A DNA stretch of 64,000 nt from Mobula hypostoma (lineage: Eukaryota). The notes beneath the pieces are model-generated. The model did not search any database. It saw nothing but the letters and a program-made list of their open reading frames with translations, and was not told the DNA's origin. Numbering within the stretch: the first letter of the stretch is position 1; the number at the start of each line of letters is the position of its first letter. The DNA lies in the NCBI RefSeq assembly GCF_963921235.1, contig NC_086097.1:12276001-12340000 (forward strand), in the 5' to 3' direction. This document shows, one piece after another, positions 1 to 13,154 of the stretch. A program made the translations under genes and the position numbers.

Positions 1-269
1 TTGGGAATAAACCCCAAAGGAAATATCCAGAGCTGAAATCCCTAAACTATGTTGAGTTCAACACTGACTGGCAACTCCTGCAACACTGCTGGTGCCAAAC
101 TGTATCGGTCTCTGCTGTTTCTTTGCTTCTACCAGATGCTTGGAGAGGGGGAGATTGCTACATTGGCAGCAATTTGCCCTCCATATTGTATATCCCTGGC
201 TTGCATATCTAGACAGCAAAGATGCAACATCCATGATCGACCCTCACCGAGGAGACCTTCAAAGATGTT

Positions 270-420
270 ATCCTCACAAGGGCAGGTTATTGTGAGGCAT
301 GACATTGGTTGTTATAGCAGCATGTTGTGCATAAACTTCCTACAATAAAACAGACTATATTTCAAAATTGCTTCATGGTTGGTAAAGGTTTTTTTTATAA
401 AAAGATTAAAAAAAACATGA
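270..420 (+). mobile_element. Ancient DeuSINE/SacSINE1-like fragment (3' part)
   Basis: Degenerate resemblance (ttcctacaataaaacagactatatttcaaaattgcttcatggttggtaaag) to the reverse complement of the relic at 19590-19740. Confidence 0.35.
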
Positions 421-1497
421 GGAGTGATGTATAAACAAGAATCTATCCTTCAGTTTCCCGCTCCAGGAATCTCACCTAAGGTATTTGTAAGACATCTTGC
501 AACTTTTAATCAGGGGTCAAATGTCCGCTTTAGAATACCTACTGTATGTCTCCTTTGAGGTACTGAGATCTCTTGCACAATGTACGGTAACATGAAAGAT
601 GTCAAATGTGAAATTAGAAAGGTATCAGAAGTCTTTCAGCAGTCAAAGATCCTCTTGCTGTTCAGTCCCTGAGGTTTCGTTCTGTCTATCTGTCAGATAA
701 GAAGTAAGTCATAGATATAGTCTGTTCAACCATCTTTTTTTTTTGAAATTTGACTACAGCGCTTAGACCAGCTCCCTTTGAGGAAATAACAGTTCTGTAA
801 CATTCCCCAGTTGGCCAACAAGAGGTCAGTTACCCAGATTCCTTAAAGGACTTCCATTTCACTTTGTTCTATGAGCACCACTTTATATCTACCATGGGTT
901 GTATGCTTAATGCCTTCCACATGTTGGGAGTTTCAATGTTGCAGGTGTTTGGTGATAAACCTTACCAGCTTATCCCACCCCCACTCCTGTGCCCCTTAAA
1001 TCCCCTGATGTTTGAGAGGAATCTTGTTATAAACGTAGAGAAGAAAAAATATTTGTCAGATTTTAGAGTATCATCAATAATGGGCGACATTCAAAGCCTA
1101 GCCTGCAGCAAGCAGAAAAAAAAGAGGAATTTCTCCGTCTGTTTATAGCCCACCTCAAAATAGTTAGAAAATACCAAACAACCCTTCTTCTTTGTACTTT
1201 ATATTTCAAAGGTTTGTAAACCATTATGTCTGTGCAGCTGGCTTAATCTATTCTGTAATCCTCAACATTTAAAGTAAAGATCTTTTATCGATGGGAATAT
1301 AAAAGAAAATCACATGCCGAGTTTACAGTTTCTGAATGGTTTCAGGATGTATAAATCTGCTCAGCAACTGAGCACTTTGGTCAGTTCTGCTGAGATTTTG
1401 AAAGGAATTTAGAGAAGTTGGTGTCATTCATTTACCTGAAACCAAGCAACCTGTTTTTAGGTTTTATTATTCTTTCAAGCTCCCACAGCTGCCTCTT

Positions 1498-1680
1498 AGG
1501 AGTTTGTATGTTCTCCCCGTGACAGTATGGATTTCCTCCAGGTGCTCTGATTTCCTCCCACAGTCCAAAGACGTACCAGTCAGTAGGTTAATCAGTCATT
1601 GTAACTTGTCACGCAATTAGACTAGGGTTAAATAGGGAGTTGCGGGTCGGCATGCTGTATCTCAATTTAATTTTTATAAA
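1498..1680 (+). mobile_element. V-domain SINE fragment
   Basis: V-core ggagtttgtatgttctccccgtgac...tttcctcccacagtccaaagacgtac, repeated many times in the window. Confidence 0.7.
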
Positions 1681-1714
1681 TTAAAAAATATATTAACAGC
1701 TCTATAATAAGGAG

Positions 1715-2125
1715 TGCTGTATATGCAGGACCCTTAGCATTGTCAATGATCCCTCCCATCCGTCCTAAAATCTCTTTTTTCCCCTGGCATCAGGCAGGAG
1801 ATATTGTAGCATTAGGACAAGAACTGTTAAGATGAGAAACAGCTTCCTCCCTCTGGCTGTGAGACTACTAAACCCACTGCCACCATCCAGATGTCATCAC
1901 ACACGAAGCATCAGTAGAGTTATACTATTTACTTCTTAACTTGTGATATAAATGCATGTTATTATTTGTTATTTTAACGAGTATCAGTGGAGTTAAATTT
2001 ATGTGTGATAATATCACTTCATGTGTTCTGTGTGTACTGTGTTGTGCACCTTAGTCCAGAGAAACATTGTTTTGTTTGGTGATACCCATGTATATGGTTG
2101 AATGACAATAAACTGAATTTAAACT
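1715..2125 (+). mobile_element. Rex/Babar-like LINE 3' fragment
   Basis: Degenerate DPSHP...SGRR...NSF ORF2 C-terminus followed by a 3'UTR ending gacaataaac; similar to 24760-25325. Confidence 0.6.
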
Positions 2126-2561
2126 TTCAGTGAAGACACTAACTTTTATTGTGAAATTCATTTGCAAATTCACCAGAAGTCATTTTTACCCTCCGAAGAC
2201 ATTCAATTTTTGTATATCCTCTCCAGTATAAATCCATTCTCCTGCCTTTCTCTCCAACCTGCAACATGGATGTTGTGTTTTAAAAGGTAGTTATTAATTT
2301 GTGGGATTGGCACACAACACCCACTGGGTAATTGTGCTGCAGGGATGATTGCTTACACAATTGTGCAAGTGTAGGCTTCCCTCATTCCGAAGCCACTTCA
2401 GTTTAATGTCACCTCAGGCAAAAAGCTTGGTTTGCACCGAAATATATGTGCATAATGGGTTAAAGATACTTCGTTATTAGAAAATCCCATCCTTTATATT
2501 TTGGCTTCTTTAACCAATAAATGTACCACCATTATTTTCCATAGCTACTCCAGCAGCACCT

Positions 2562-3250
2562 CAAAGTTCAAAGTGAATTTATTATTTAAGTACGTATATG
2601 TCACCACATACACCCCTGAGATTCATTTTCTTGCAGGCATTCACAGTAGAAAAAAGATATACAATAGAATTAATGGCAAACTACACACAAAACAAGATGA
2701 ACAAATAACCAATGTGCAAAAGAAAACAAACTGTGCAAATACAAATAATAATAGTAATAATAAAATAATACTGAGAACATGAGTGGTAGAGACCTTGAAA
2801 GTGAGTCCATAGTTTGCGGAATCACTTCATTGTTGAGATGAGTGACATTATCCATGCTGGTTCAGGAGCCTGATGCTTGAAGGATAATAACTGTTCCTGA
2901 AGCTAGTAATGTAGGACCTCAGGGTCCTGTACCTCCTTCATGATGGCAGCAGCGAGAAGAGAGCATAATCTGGATAGTGGGGTCCTTAATGATAGGTGCT
3001 GCTATTTTTGTATCAACGCTCCTTGGACACGTGCTCAATGGCTTTTCCTGTGATGGATTTGACTGTGTTCATTACTTTTTGTTGGCTTTTCATTCTTGGG
3101 AATTGGAGTTTCCATACCAGGCCATGATACAACCAGTTAGGATACTCTCCACTGTGCAGCTATAGAAGTTTCTTCTAAGTTTTAGATGACATGCCAAACC
3201 TGTGCAAACTTCTAAACAAGTTGAGGCCCTGCCATGCCTCCTTTGTAGGT
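2562..3250 (-). mobile_element. Rex/Babar-like LINE 3' fragment
   Basis: Minus strand encodes a degenerate ASIIKDPHYP..ALFSLLPS.RRYR; tail aataaattcactttgaactttga. Confidence 0.7.
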
Positions 3251-3289
3251 CTTCCTATACACAACTGCTATCAGTGAAAATAATAAGGA

Positions 3290-3630
3290 AGCACATTTAT
3301 AGGACTGTTTTCTTGCAGACATACACAGTAAACCCAAGCAACACAATACAATCAATGAAAGACTACACCCAACAAGATGGACAAACAACCAATATGCAAA
3401 AGACAACAAACTGTGCAAATACAAAAGGAAAAAAAAATAAGTATTGAAAACATGAGATAAAGAGTCCTTGAAAGTAAGTTTATAGGATATGGGAACGTTT
3501 CAGCGTTGGGTTGAGTGAAGTTATCTCCTCTGGTGGAGGGGTAATAACAGTTCCTGAACCTGTGGTGTGGGTTCTGAGGCTCCTGTACCTTCTTTCTCAT
3601 GGCAGCAGTGAGAAAAGAGCATGGCATCAT
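3290..3630 (-). mobile_element. Rex/Babar-like LINE 3' fragment
   Basis: Same family as 2562-3250; RFRNCYYPST in ORF 3352-3630. Confidence 0.65.
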
Positions 3631-3725
3631 TCAATAATGGCCACATTCAATGAAGTACAACAAAAATTAGAGGTGAGCTTCTTGAGACATACATAGAAGA
3701 GAACCATACAAGAAATGGTCCTTCT

Positions 3726-4424
3726 AATGTTGATAGTTATTGTGATAGATGTAAAACTGAGACAGCTACACTGACACGCATGTTTTGGTCTTGTTCTATA
3801 TTGGAACAGTTCTGGAAGTCAGTTTTTTCTACAATTTCTAAAGCACTTAAAATTAATTTACAACCTAACAAATTAACTGTGCTTTTTGGAATAATTCCTC
3901 AAAATATCCGCGGTATCTCTTTGTCTGACCAACATGTTATTGCATTTGTTACATTGATAGCTAGGAGGGCCATTTTGTTGAAGTGGAAACATACATCGGC
4001 TCTCATTTTGTCACAATGGTTCTCTCAGTCTTAGTTTGGAGAAAATTAGAAGTCGAACCTTTGAACCCATGTTTGATTTTGAGAAAAGATGGGGTTCATT
4101 TGCTCGTTACTGTCATTAGAGTTAATTGAAAGATTTTCTCCACAATCTAATTGTAAATTTTTGGTACATTTTTTTTTCTTGCTGGCGGTTTGATGTTTAT
4201 CTTTAGAAGCTTTTTGTATGACGCATGGCTCCGGGGTTGAACACCTAATGGTTTTTTTCTCACTTTTCCTTGCTTAGCAGGCTTTTTTTTTTCTCTTTCT
4301 TTTTGTCACCAAATTTTTTTCAATCTTTAAAACAATGTTTTTTTCGTGAGACATTGTAAGTGTTGCCTACTTCGTTGTACTCTTGTTAATTTTGAATAAT
4401 AATAATAAAAAGATTTGAAATGAA
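3726..4424 (+). mobile_element. 5'-truncated L1-clade LINE (ORF2 C-terminus and 3'UTR)
   Basis: CDRCKTETATLTRMFWSC zinc-finger-like motif, A-rich end, and 16-bp TSD aagaaatgg(t/c)ccttct at 3710-3725 and 4425-4440. Confidence 0.75.
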
Positions 4425-4692
4425 AAGAAATGGCCCTTCTGTCCATAAAGTTGTGAACTACAAATTAAACTGGTAATTAAATGCCTAACTAAACTAATTC
4501 CTTCTGCCTACATGAGGTCCATATCCCACAAATCTCTGCACACCTTCTAAACACCTCAGTTGCATTTGCCTCCACCACCACCACAGGCAGCTCATTACAG
4601 GCACTCACCAATCTCTGTGTAAAAACCTTTCTCTGTACATCTTCTCTGAACTTACCCTCTCTCACCTTACATTCATGCCTTTCTTGTATTAG

Positions 4693-5085
4693 ATGGGTGG
4701 TGGGGTGGAGACAGGTCTCTACTAAAGGAGGTGTAAGGTACTTCTTCCCTCCATTAGCCCGCAGGTCACCCTTGGGCAAGGTGTAGCACCTGCTTATCCC
4801 GTGATCAGGGTCTTGTGAAGCCATGAGAGCAGGTGGTGGATGGTTGTATGAGCAGCTGGTGCGTATCACAAGTCCTGGTTATGCGACCACTGATACCAGG
4901 CAGACAATCTCTGAAGGGTATTGATAATGGCCGGAGTCACCCATTTGTAAACACACTGCCCCAGAAGAAGACAATGGCAAACCACTTCTGTAGAAAAATT
5001 TGCCGAGACAGTCATGGTCATGGATAGACCATGATCACCAACGTCTGTCATATGCTACAGCACATAATGATGAAGATGATGATGA
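4693..5085 (+). mobile_element. RTE-related SINE with (GAT)n tail
   Basis: Homologous to 35657-36020 and the partial copy at 5420-5530; contains gaagaagacaatggcaaaccacttc (BovA/RTE-like motif). Confidence 0.6.
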
Positions 5086-5219
5086 TATATTTCTTATTGT
5101 AATTTATTTTTTTTATTATTATGTATTGCATTGTACTGCTGCAGTAAAACAACAAATTTCGTAACATCTATCAATGTTATTAAACTTGATTCTGAATCTG
5201 AACCCCTTCTGAATTCTAC

Positions 5220-5420
5220 CACCCAGCTACACAAGGGGCAATTTGCAGTGGCTAATTGACCTACCATGTGTCTTTGGGACGTGGGAGGAAGTCAGAGCAT
5301 CCAGGGGAAATGGTGATCGTCACAGGAAGAAAGTGAGAACACCACACAGACAGCACTGGAGGACAGGAATGAACATGGCTCACTGGAATTGCGAGGCAGA
5401 AAATCTGTTACTCACACCAC
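5220..5420 (-). mobile_element. V-domain SINE fragment
   Basis: Reverse-complement V-core (gtgggaggaagtcagagcatccagggg). Confidence 0.55.
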
Positions 5421-6715
5421 TGCCCAGAAGAAGGCAATAGTAAATCACTTCTATTGAAAAAATTGCTAAGAACAATCATGGTCATGGAAAGACCATGATC
5501 GCCCATGTAATACGACACAGCGCATAACAAATGACCAAGTGTTAGACATTTTGAACCTGCGAAAGAAAAAGTACTGGCTATCTAGTCTATCTATTCCTCC
5601 CATAGTCTTATCTAGTCTCTGTCAAATGTCCCCTCAGCCTTCACCGCTACACAGAATACCCAAGTGTGTCCAGCCTCTCCTTATATCATAATCTCTCCAA
5701 TTCAGATATCATCCTGGCAAACCTCTTCTGTACCCTCTCCAAAGTCTTGCATACAACAGAGGTGAGGAATCTTGTGTCACATACGTCCTTGTTCTTCAAT
5801 TACTAAGCTATCCTTATGAATCTTCATTGCAATCCTTAAGAGAATCTGATTCCTTTAGTGACCTAACTATTAGGTTTTTCAGATGCTCATTGTGTAAATG
5901 AGGTATACTTTTGAAACACATAGTCTAAATCCGTTCTGTGGAAAATTCTCCAGCCATCCTGAAACATGTACCATCTTTTATTTTACAAGTTCAGCGCTCC
6001 AAGTATTTATTATCAGTGACCAAGTCATCAGGTATACTTACAGCAGAGGTTGATAGGTTCTTGATTGGGAAGGGTATCAAAGGTTATGGGGAGAAGGTAG
6101 GATAATAGGATTGAGAGGAGCAATATATCAGCTGTGATTAATGATAGAACAGACATTATTGACCAAGTAGCCTAATTATGCTCCTATGTTTTATGAACTA
6201 AGTACATATATGTTACCATATATTACCTTAAATTTCATTTTCTTGCAGGTATTTACAGGAAGAAAGAAATACAATGGAAATTTGTGGAAAACTGTACATA
6301 AATAAAGCCTGTCCTACAACCAATGTGCAAAAGAAGACAAACTGTGCAAATAAAAATGAATACTGAGAACGTGAGTTGTAGATCATAAAATCAGTTCATA
6401 GTAGCGGTGATTGAAGTTATCCACACTGGTTCAGGAGACTGATAGTTCTAGGGTAATAACTGTTTCTGAACCTAGCAGTGTCAGTCCTAATCCTTCTATA
6501 TGGTAGTAGCGAGAAGCGAGCCTGAGCCATCATTTCTGTAAACATTTCCATTCTTGTGCATTGGTGTTTCCATACCAGTCAGGATACTCTCCACTGTGCA
6601 TTGATGGAAGTTTGTCAAAGTGTTTGGTAACATTCTGTATCAAATCAAACTCAAATTGTTTGGTAGAAATACAGCAGGAAAAGAAGATTTACAGATGGAT
6701 TCCTGAAACGTTTGA

Positions 6716-7310
6716 AAAGTCGAGGGATAGAGTTTAAGAATCGCGATGTAATGATGCAGCTCTATAAAACTCTGGTTAGGCCACACTTGGAGTACTGTGT
6801 CTTGTTCTGGTCGCCTCACTATAGGAAGGATGTGGAAGCATTGGAAAGGGTACAGAGGAGATTTACCAGGATGCTGCCTGGTTTAGAGAGTATGTATTAT
6901 GATCAGAAATTAAGGGAGCTAGGGCTTTACTCTTTGGAGAGAAGGAGGATGAGAGGAGACATGATAGAGGTGTACAAGATAATAAGAGGAATAGATAAGA
7001 GTGGATAGCCAGCGCCTCTTCCCCAGGGCACCACTGCTCAATACAAGAGGACATGGCTTTAAGGTAAGGGGGGGAAGTTCAAGGGGGATATTAGAGGAAG
7101 GTTTTTTTACTCGGAGAGTGGTTGGTGTGTGGAATGCACTGCCTGAGTCAATGGTGGAGGCAGATACACTCGTGAAGTTTAAGAGACTACTAGACAGACA
7201 TATGGAGGAATTTAAGGTGGGGGCTTATATGGGAGGCAGGGTTTGAGGCTCGGCACAACATTGTGGGCCGAAGGGCCTGTACTGTGCTGTACTATTCTAT
7301 GTTCTATGAA
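6716..7310 (+). mobile_element. CR1 LINE 3' fragment
   Basis: LYKTLVRPHLEYC..WSPHYRKDVEALERVQRRFTRM...RGDMIEVYK; (ttctatg)n tail. Confidence 0.9.
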
Positions 7311-7369
7311 TACTGAATGCAGAAATGGTGTGTTATCTAAGCCAGTAGAAACTTCACATTTTATTGCCT

Positions 7370-7940
7370 GGTCGCATCACAACCTGGTTTGGAAACAGGA
7401 AAGCCCTGAACGGAAAATCCTACAAAAGTAGTGGATATGACCCAGTCCATCATGGGCAAAGCCCTCCCCACCATTGAGCACTTCTACATGGAGCACTGTC
7501 GGATGAAAGCGGCATCCATTATTAGGAACACCACCACCCAGGACATGCTTCTTTCTCGCTGCTGCCATCAGGAAGAGGGAACAAGAGCCTCAAATCCCAC
7601 ACCACCAAGTTCAGGAACAGTTTTACCCCTTAACCATCAAACTCTTGAACCAGAGGGGATAACTTCACTGACCTATCACTGAACTGTTCATACAAAATCA
7701 ATGGACTCCTGTTCAAGAACTCTTCATCTCACTTTCCGATATTTATTTCTTTTTATTTCTTTTGCATTTGCACAGTCTGTTATCTTTCGCAAGTTGGTTG
7801 TTTATCCATCCTGCTGGATGCAGTCTTTTATTAATTCTGTTGTATTTCTTGGATTTACTGCATATGCCCACATGTAAATGAATCTCAGGGTTGTATATGA
7901 TGACGTATATGTACTTTGATAGTGAATATACTTTGAACTG
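7370..7940 (+). mobile_element. Rex/Babar-like LINE 3' fragment
   Basis: LPTIEHFYMEHCRMKAASII motif; tail ctttgaact. Confidence 0.7.
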
Positions 7941-8479
7941 TGAAGACTTTGTGGATTTCCTATTCCTTCTAAGCCTGATATATACCTTTAAATGATCTGG
8001 GTCTGGCAAATGATGAACATCAAAACGCAGTGGGCAAATTACCCCAAAGACCAACAACATTGTTTCTGCGCCCTATGTGCTTTACAGCAACTTGATTTTT
8101 GTGATGAATAGATGTAATTAATGAATTGGGCAAGATCCATTCTGACTTGCCCCCAGACCCAGATAAATACGACTGGTGCTATATCTGCTGAGATCTGAAA
8201 TAACATAATAAACCATTCTGCTCAGGTGGGAAGTGGATGTTGGCCAGGTTCATGCCCCCCTCTATACTCTGAATCAAGAAAAAAAATCAATCTCTTCACA
8301 GGTCTTCATGAGCTCCCACTAAGCCTCCACACCAAGTGGTGAACTGGTTCTGTTATTGAAAATCTGACCATGAATCCATCGCAGTAGTAATGCATTGGGT
8401 AGAAATAGTTAAGTTCACATTATGGTGATGGTTCAAAGAATCCCTTCCCAGGGTCTTGGAACTGAAATATTAGATTCCA

Positions 8480-8755
8480 TTTTATTCGGTCCTTTGCCTT
8501 TTCCACCCATCACCTCCCAGCTTCTTACTTCATCTACCTACCCCCTCCCACCTGGCTTCACTTATCACCTTTTAGTTTGTACTCCTTCCCCTACCCTCCA
8601 CCTTTGAATCCTGGTATCTTCCCCCATCTTCTCCAGTCCTGATGAAGGGTCTCAGCTTCTTCTTCTGTCCCATTGATCCTGCCTGACCTGCTGAGTTCCT
8701 CCAGCAGTTTGTGTGTTGCTTTGGATTTCCAATATCTGCAGAATCCCTTGTTTTT
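8480..8755 (+). mobile_element. Penelope-like element terminal (pLTR) fragment
   Basis: Pyrimidine-rich tract, cagtcctgatgaagggtctc, then ctgctgagttcctccagc...tgtgtgttgc. Confidence 0.65.
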
Positions 8756-9615
8756 ATATTAAATATATTTCATTTTCCATAGATGCAGTTTGACCTGATG
8801 AGTGTTTGCGTACTTTCGTATTTTTTTATTTTAGGTTTCTTACATCGGCGGTTTTTCAATTTTCATTGATGGAGGCTTTTCTCTAGTTTCCATTATGCCA
8901 GATCTAAATCCAAGAAAAGCCTGGTCTGACAGGATTCATTTCTCGAGCACATACAATGCAGAAAGCAGCATTCAGGTAAGATAATGCCTTCTGCAAGTAC
9001 AGAATTGTTTCAGCTGTTTGAATTATACAAATCAATTAACCGTGACATAGAACTTTATAGTGGCACTAATCATCAGGAGACACTAATAAATATTTCTATG
9101 CTTTACAGTAAAAATGAGGACCTGACTGCGAATTTATAACTCAAATCATCCTAAGAAAATCATCTCAGCTCCCACAAATACTCAACAATTTTAGAATAAG
9201 TTTATTTACAATAATAATTTAAGGATTTAATTAGTACTTTCACCGCCCGCAGGACATGTGAAGTAATAGTTAGTGCTCAGCAACAGTGCAGCATTTTATA
9301 ATTTATTTAAAGAAGTGATTAACATCCTCCCAGAGGCTCCATGCCCAAAGGAAAATCAATATACCTTACAGTACAGCAGACACACTTTATTTCAAGTTGT
9401 CATGTAGGAATCTCCAAACTTACAATGCCAGAGAGCTGGCAGAGCCACTGCCTCACTGATCCAGTAACAGGTTCCATTCTAACCTCTGATTCTGCTTATT
9501 TGGAGTTTACAGGTTCTCCATTTAAGCAAATGGGTTTCTCCTTTGGTATTCCAATTTCATCTCTCAGTCCAAAGGATTGACTGATTAATTGACTGTTATC
9601 AATCATCCTTGCTGT

Positions 9616-9822
9616 CAACATTCCCTCTAATTCTTTTTTACAGGTGCGTGGACCAACCATTGGTCTGAGCAGGAAATTTTTACCTGGCCTGAAAACTATG
9701 CGGCATTTGAATAAAACATTATACAAAAAACAATTCCAGCTGTGTGGCAACAAAGGTCATGTGCATGGGGGCATTTCAGTTACAGCATGGCCACGCACCC
9801 GTGCAGCTTAGAGGGAACAGTG
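9616..9822. mobile_element. hAT-like MITE (207 bp)
   Basis: Imperfect TIRs caacattccctctaa / ttagagggaacagtg; 8-bp flanks cttgctgt and cctggtgt (6/8 match). Confidence 0.55.
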
Positions 9823-9869
9823 CCTGGTGTACAGGTGAATGGCAGAATATTGGGGAGCTGATGGGAACA

Positions 9870-10480
9870 ATGTTGGGATGTGATGTTGAGGTCCTATAAG
9901 GCACTCATGAGACCACTCTTGGAGTATTGTGTGCAGTTTTGGGCTCCTTATTTTAGAAAGGATATACTGACTTTGGAGAGGATTCAGAGAAGGTTCAAGA
10001 GAATGATTCCAGGAATGAAAGGCTTACTGTATGAGGAACATCTGGCAGCTCTCGGACTGTATTCCCTGAAGTTCAGGAGAATGAGGGGGGGATCTCATAG
10101 AAACATTCCGACTGTTAAACGGCCTGAACAGATTAGATATGGCAAAGTGATTTCCCATGATAGGGGAGTCTAGGACAAGAGGGCATGACTTCAATATTGA
10201 AGGACATCCATTTAAAACAGAGATGCGAAGAAATTACTTTAGTCAGAGGGTGGTAAATCTGTGTGGTTTGTTGCCACGAGTGGCTGTGGAGGCCAAGTCA
10301 TTGGGTGTATTTAAGGCAGAGATAGATAGGTTCTTGATTAGCCAGCGCATCAAAGGTTATGAGGAGAAAGCAGGGGAGTGGGGGTGACTGGAAAAAGTGG
10401 ATCAGCCCATGATTGAATGACACAGCAGACTCGATGGGCTGAATGGCCTACGTCTGCTCCTATATCTTATGGGCTTATGG
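9870..10480 (+). mobile_element. CR1 LINE 3' fragment
   Basis: RPLLEYCVQFWAPY...SRTRGH...FSQRVVNL; tail tcttatgg. Confidence 0.9.
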
Positions 10481-12334
10481 AATAAGAAAGAAATGAGAGT
10501 GGCATCGGTGGGTAGTTAATGGGAGATCGAAGAGCCTCTTTCCATAGTGTATCACTCCAAATGTGATTGATATAGAGAGTGAGAAAATGGATTATAAAGA
10601 TAGAGGTTCTGCAGATGCTAGAAATCTTGAGCAACACATAAAATTCTGGAGGAACTCAACAGGTCACACAGCATCTAAACAGCCAACATTTTGGGCTGAG
10701 ACCCTTCATCCGGTCTGGAAAGGAAGGGGGCAGAAGCAAGAATAAGAAGGTAGGGGAAAAGGGAAGGAGTGATAGTTGAGGGAAAATGTGTGTGGGTGGG
10801 AACAGGCAATAAAACGTTTGCATTGATGACAAATACCCAGACCCCAAGAAATGAACATAAAAAAGGATCAAATCACTTTGGACGCCATTAACATTTTTGG
10901 AATTATTTCCCATGATGCACATGGGATGCTTGGAAATCTGCTGCCAATCCCTTCGACCAACAACAAAAACTTTCTCATTTAGCTGCATCACACAGACATC
11001 AAACTACTATTGAAATGATGGTTACGCAGTTTGAGACTCCCTAAAACATGAATTCCAAAGATTATACTGCATACATCCAAGCTATGATTTTTTTTGCACA
11101 CCAGACGGAAAAGCTGATGGCCCTTTAAGACAGAACTCTCTCCAGATGAATGCCTAACAAGTTCTCTCTGCCAGTGGCACATAATTGACCAATGTACAAT
11201 GACAGGTTTTTATTCGTAATTATGGTACTGGAGGAAGCAAGCTGGATGGATTCTTTAACATTGTGGGAGCTGCAGCATGCCATCAGCACAGGCAAATTAA
11301 GCAAATAAAGAAACAATGGCTTGTGGCTGTGTGACTGGGGGTGGATATTCGTGTGCTCGTTATCTTGTAAGGATTTCAATTGACCCACAATTCTGGGAGG
11401 ACGGTGCATACTGATTTGTGAAGATTTTTTTTAACAAAGAAGAATTTAGAGCAGTGAAATGCTAATAAGAAGGAGTTTATTTTTAGTTCTTCCTTTTAGT
11501 TGCAGTGCTGTTGCAAGATTACAGTGTTAAAACTACAACTTAGTTCAGGAAGTTGCTGTTGATGAATTGTGGATCAACACGCAGGATATTTGGGTATCTA
11601 TTCCAGCACAAGTCCCAATCCCTTAAAATTAAATTTGGGATTTAGCAAACTAATTTTCCTCTGAGTACAGCAATGGCTTCATAAGAAAATTGGATTATAA
11701 TGATGATATACCTTTATAAGATATGTAAACAATTTTACAACATAGACGTTTGCATATTTTTGTAAAACAATATGAGTGCATACAATCAGAAAATATGTTT
11801 GTGAATATGCTTTGTTAAAAACCATACATAGAGAAAACCATAAAATTATACACATAAACACCAAAGGTTCCGCAAATGCTGGAAACCTACAGCAACGCAC
11901 ACACAAAATGCTGGAGGAACTCAGCAGATCAGGCAGCATCAATGGAAGTGAATAACAGTCGACATTTTGGGCTAAAACCCTTCTTCCAGACTCACTTATG
12001 TGTGTGTGTATATATATGAATAGAACTTTCCTAAAATATAGGAATGAAATGAAGCATAGCAGTAAGCGAAACTCTATTATGCTTGGAGCATCGGAGTTCA
12101 ATTCGGGCGTCCATTGTAAGGGATCTGGACAGCTGGGTTTTCTCCATGTGCTCTGGTTTTCTCACACATTCCCAAGATGTACTGGTTAGTAGGTGAATTG
12201 ATCATTGTAAATTTTCCTTCAATTGGACTGGGGTTAAATAGGTGGATTGCCGCTCAGTGTGGCTCATTAGGCTGGAGGGGCCTGTTCTGTGCTGTATCTT
12301 TAAGTAAGTTAAAATAAATTACACTTTCACAATA

Positions 12335-12696
12335 AAGTTCAAAGTAAATTTATTATCAAAGTACACATATGACCATGAGATTCAATTCTTGTGGGCATAC
12401 ATAATAAGTCCATAATAGGATAATAACCACGATGGAATCAATGGAAGACTGCACCCACTGTGTGTTTACCCATTGTGTAAAAGACAACAAATGTGCAAAT
12501 ACATAAATAAATAAAGCGATAGATATTGAGAACCTGAGATGAAGAGTCCTTGAATGTAAGTCCATTGGTTGTGGGAACAGCTCATTGTTGGGCTGAGTGA
12601 AGTTATCCCCTTTGGTTCAAGAGCCTGATGGTTCAGGGGTAGTAACTGTTCCTGAACACGGAGGTGTGAGTTCTGATGGCAACAGACAGAAGAGAG
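12335..12696 (-). mobile_element. Rex/Babar-like LINE 3' fragment, interrupted by a Penelope copy
   Basis: FRNSYYP motif and aaagttcaaagtaaatttattatcaaa tail; appears to resume near 13503. Confidence 0.65.
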
Positions 12697-12732
12697 CACG
12701 ACACACAACACGCTGCATCCATGGAAACGATG

Positions 12733-12768
12733 AGTCGACGTTTCGGGCCAGAACTCTTCGTCAGGACT
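12733..12768 (-). ncRNA. Minimal hammerhead ribozyme-like motif in a Penelope pLTR
   Basis: Minus strand agtc-CTGACGA-a-gagttctggccc-GAAA-cgtc-gact; core intact, one mismatch in stem II. Confidence 0.55.
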
Positions 12769-13089
12769 GAAGAGGGAAGGGGCAGAGGCCCTATAAAGAA
12801 GGTGGGGGGAGGGTGGGAAGGAGAAGGCTGGTAGGTTTCAGGTGAAAAGCCAGTAAAGAGAAAGATAAAGGGGTGGGGGAAGGGAGGCAGGGAGGTGATA
12901 GGCAGGAAAGGTGAAGAAAGGATAGGGGAAAACACAATGGGTAGCAGAAGGAGGTGGAACCATGAGGGAGGTGATAGGCAGCTGGGGGAGGGGGCAGAGT
13001 GAAATAGGGATAGAGGAAGGGAGGGGGAGGGAATTACCGGAAGTTGGAGAATTCTATGTTCATACCAAGGGGTTGGACACTACCTAGAC

Positions 13090-13154
13090 CAATTTCCCTC
13101 GGGATCAATAAAGTATGACTATGACTATGACTATGACTATGACTATGACTATGA
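13090..13154 (+). mobile_element. Extremely 5'-truncated LINE tail insertion (Rex-like) with (ATGACT)7
   Basis: gggatcaataaagt followed by a hexamer tail; TSD ctagac at 13084-13089 and 13155-13160. Confidence 0.7.
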
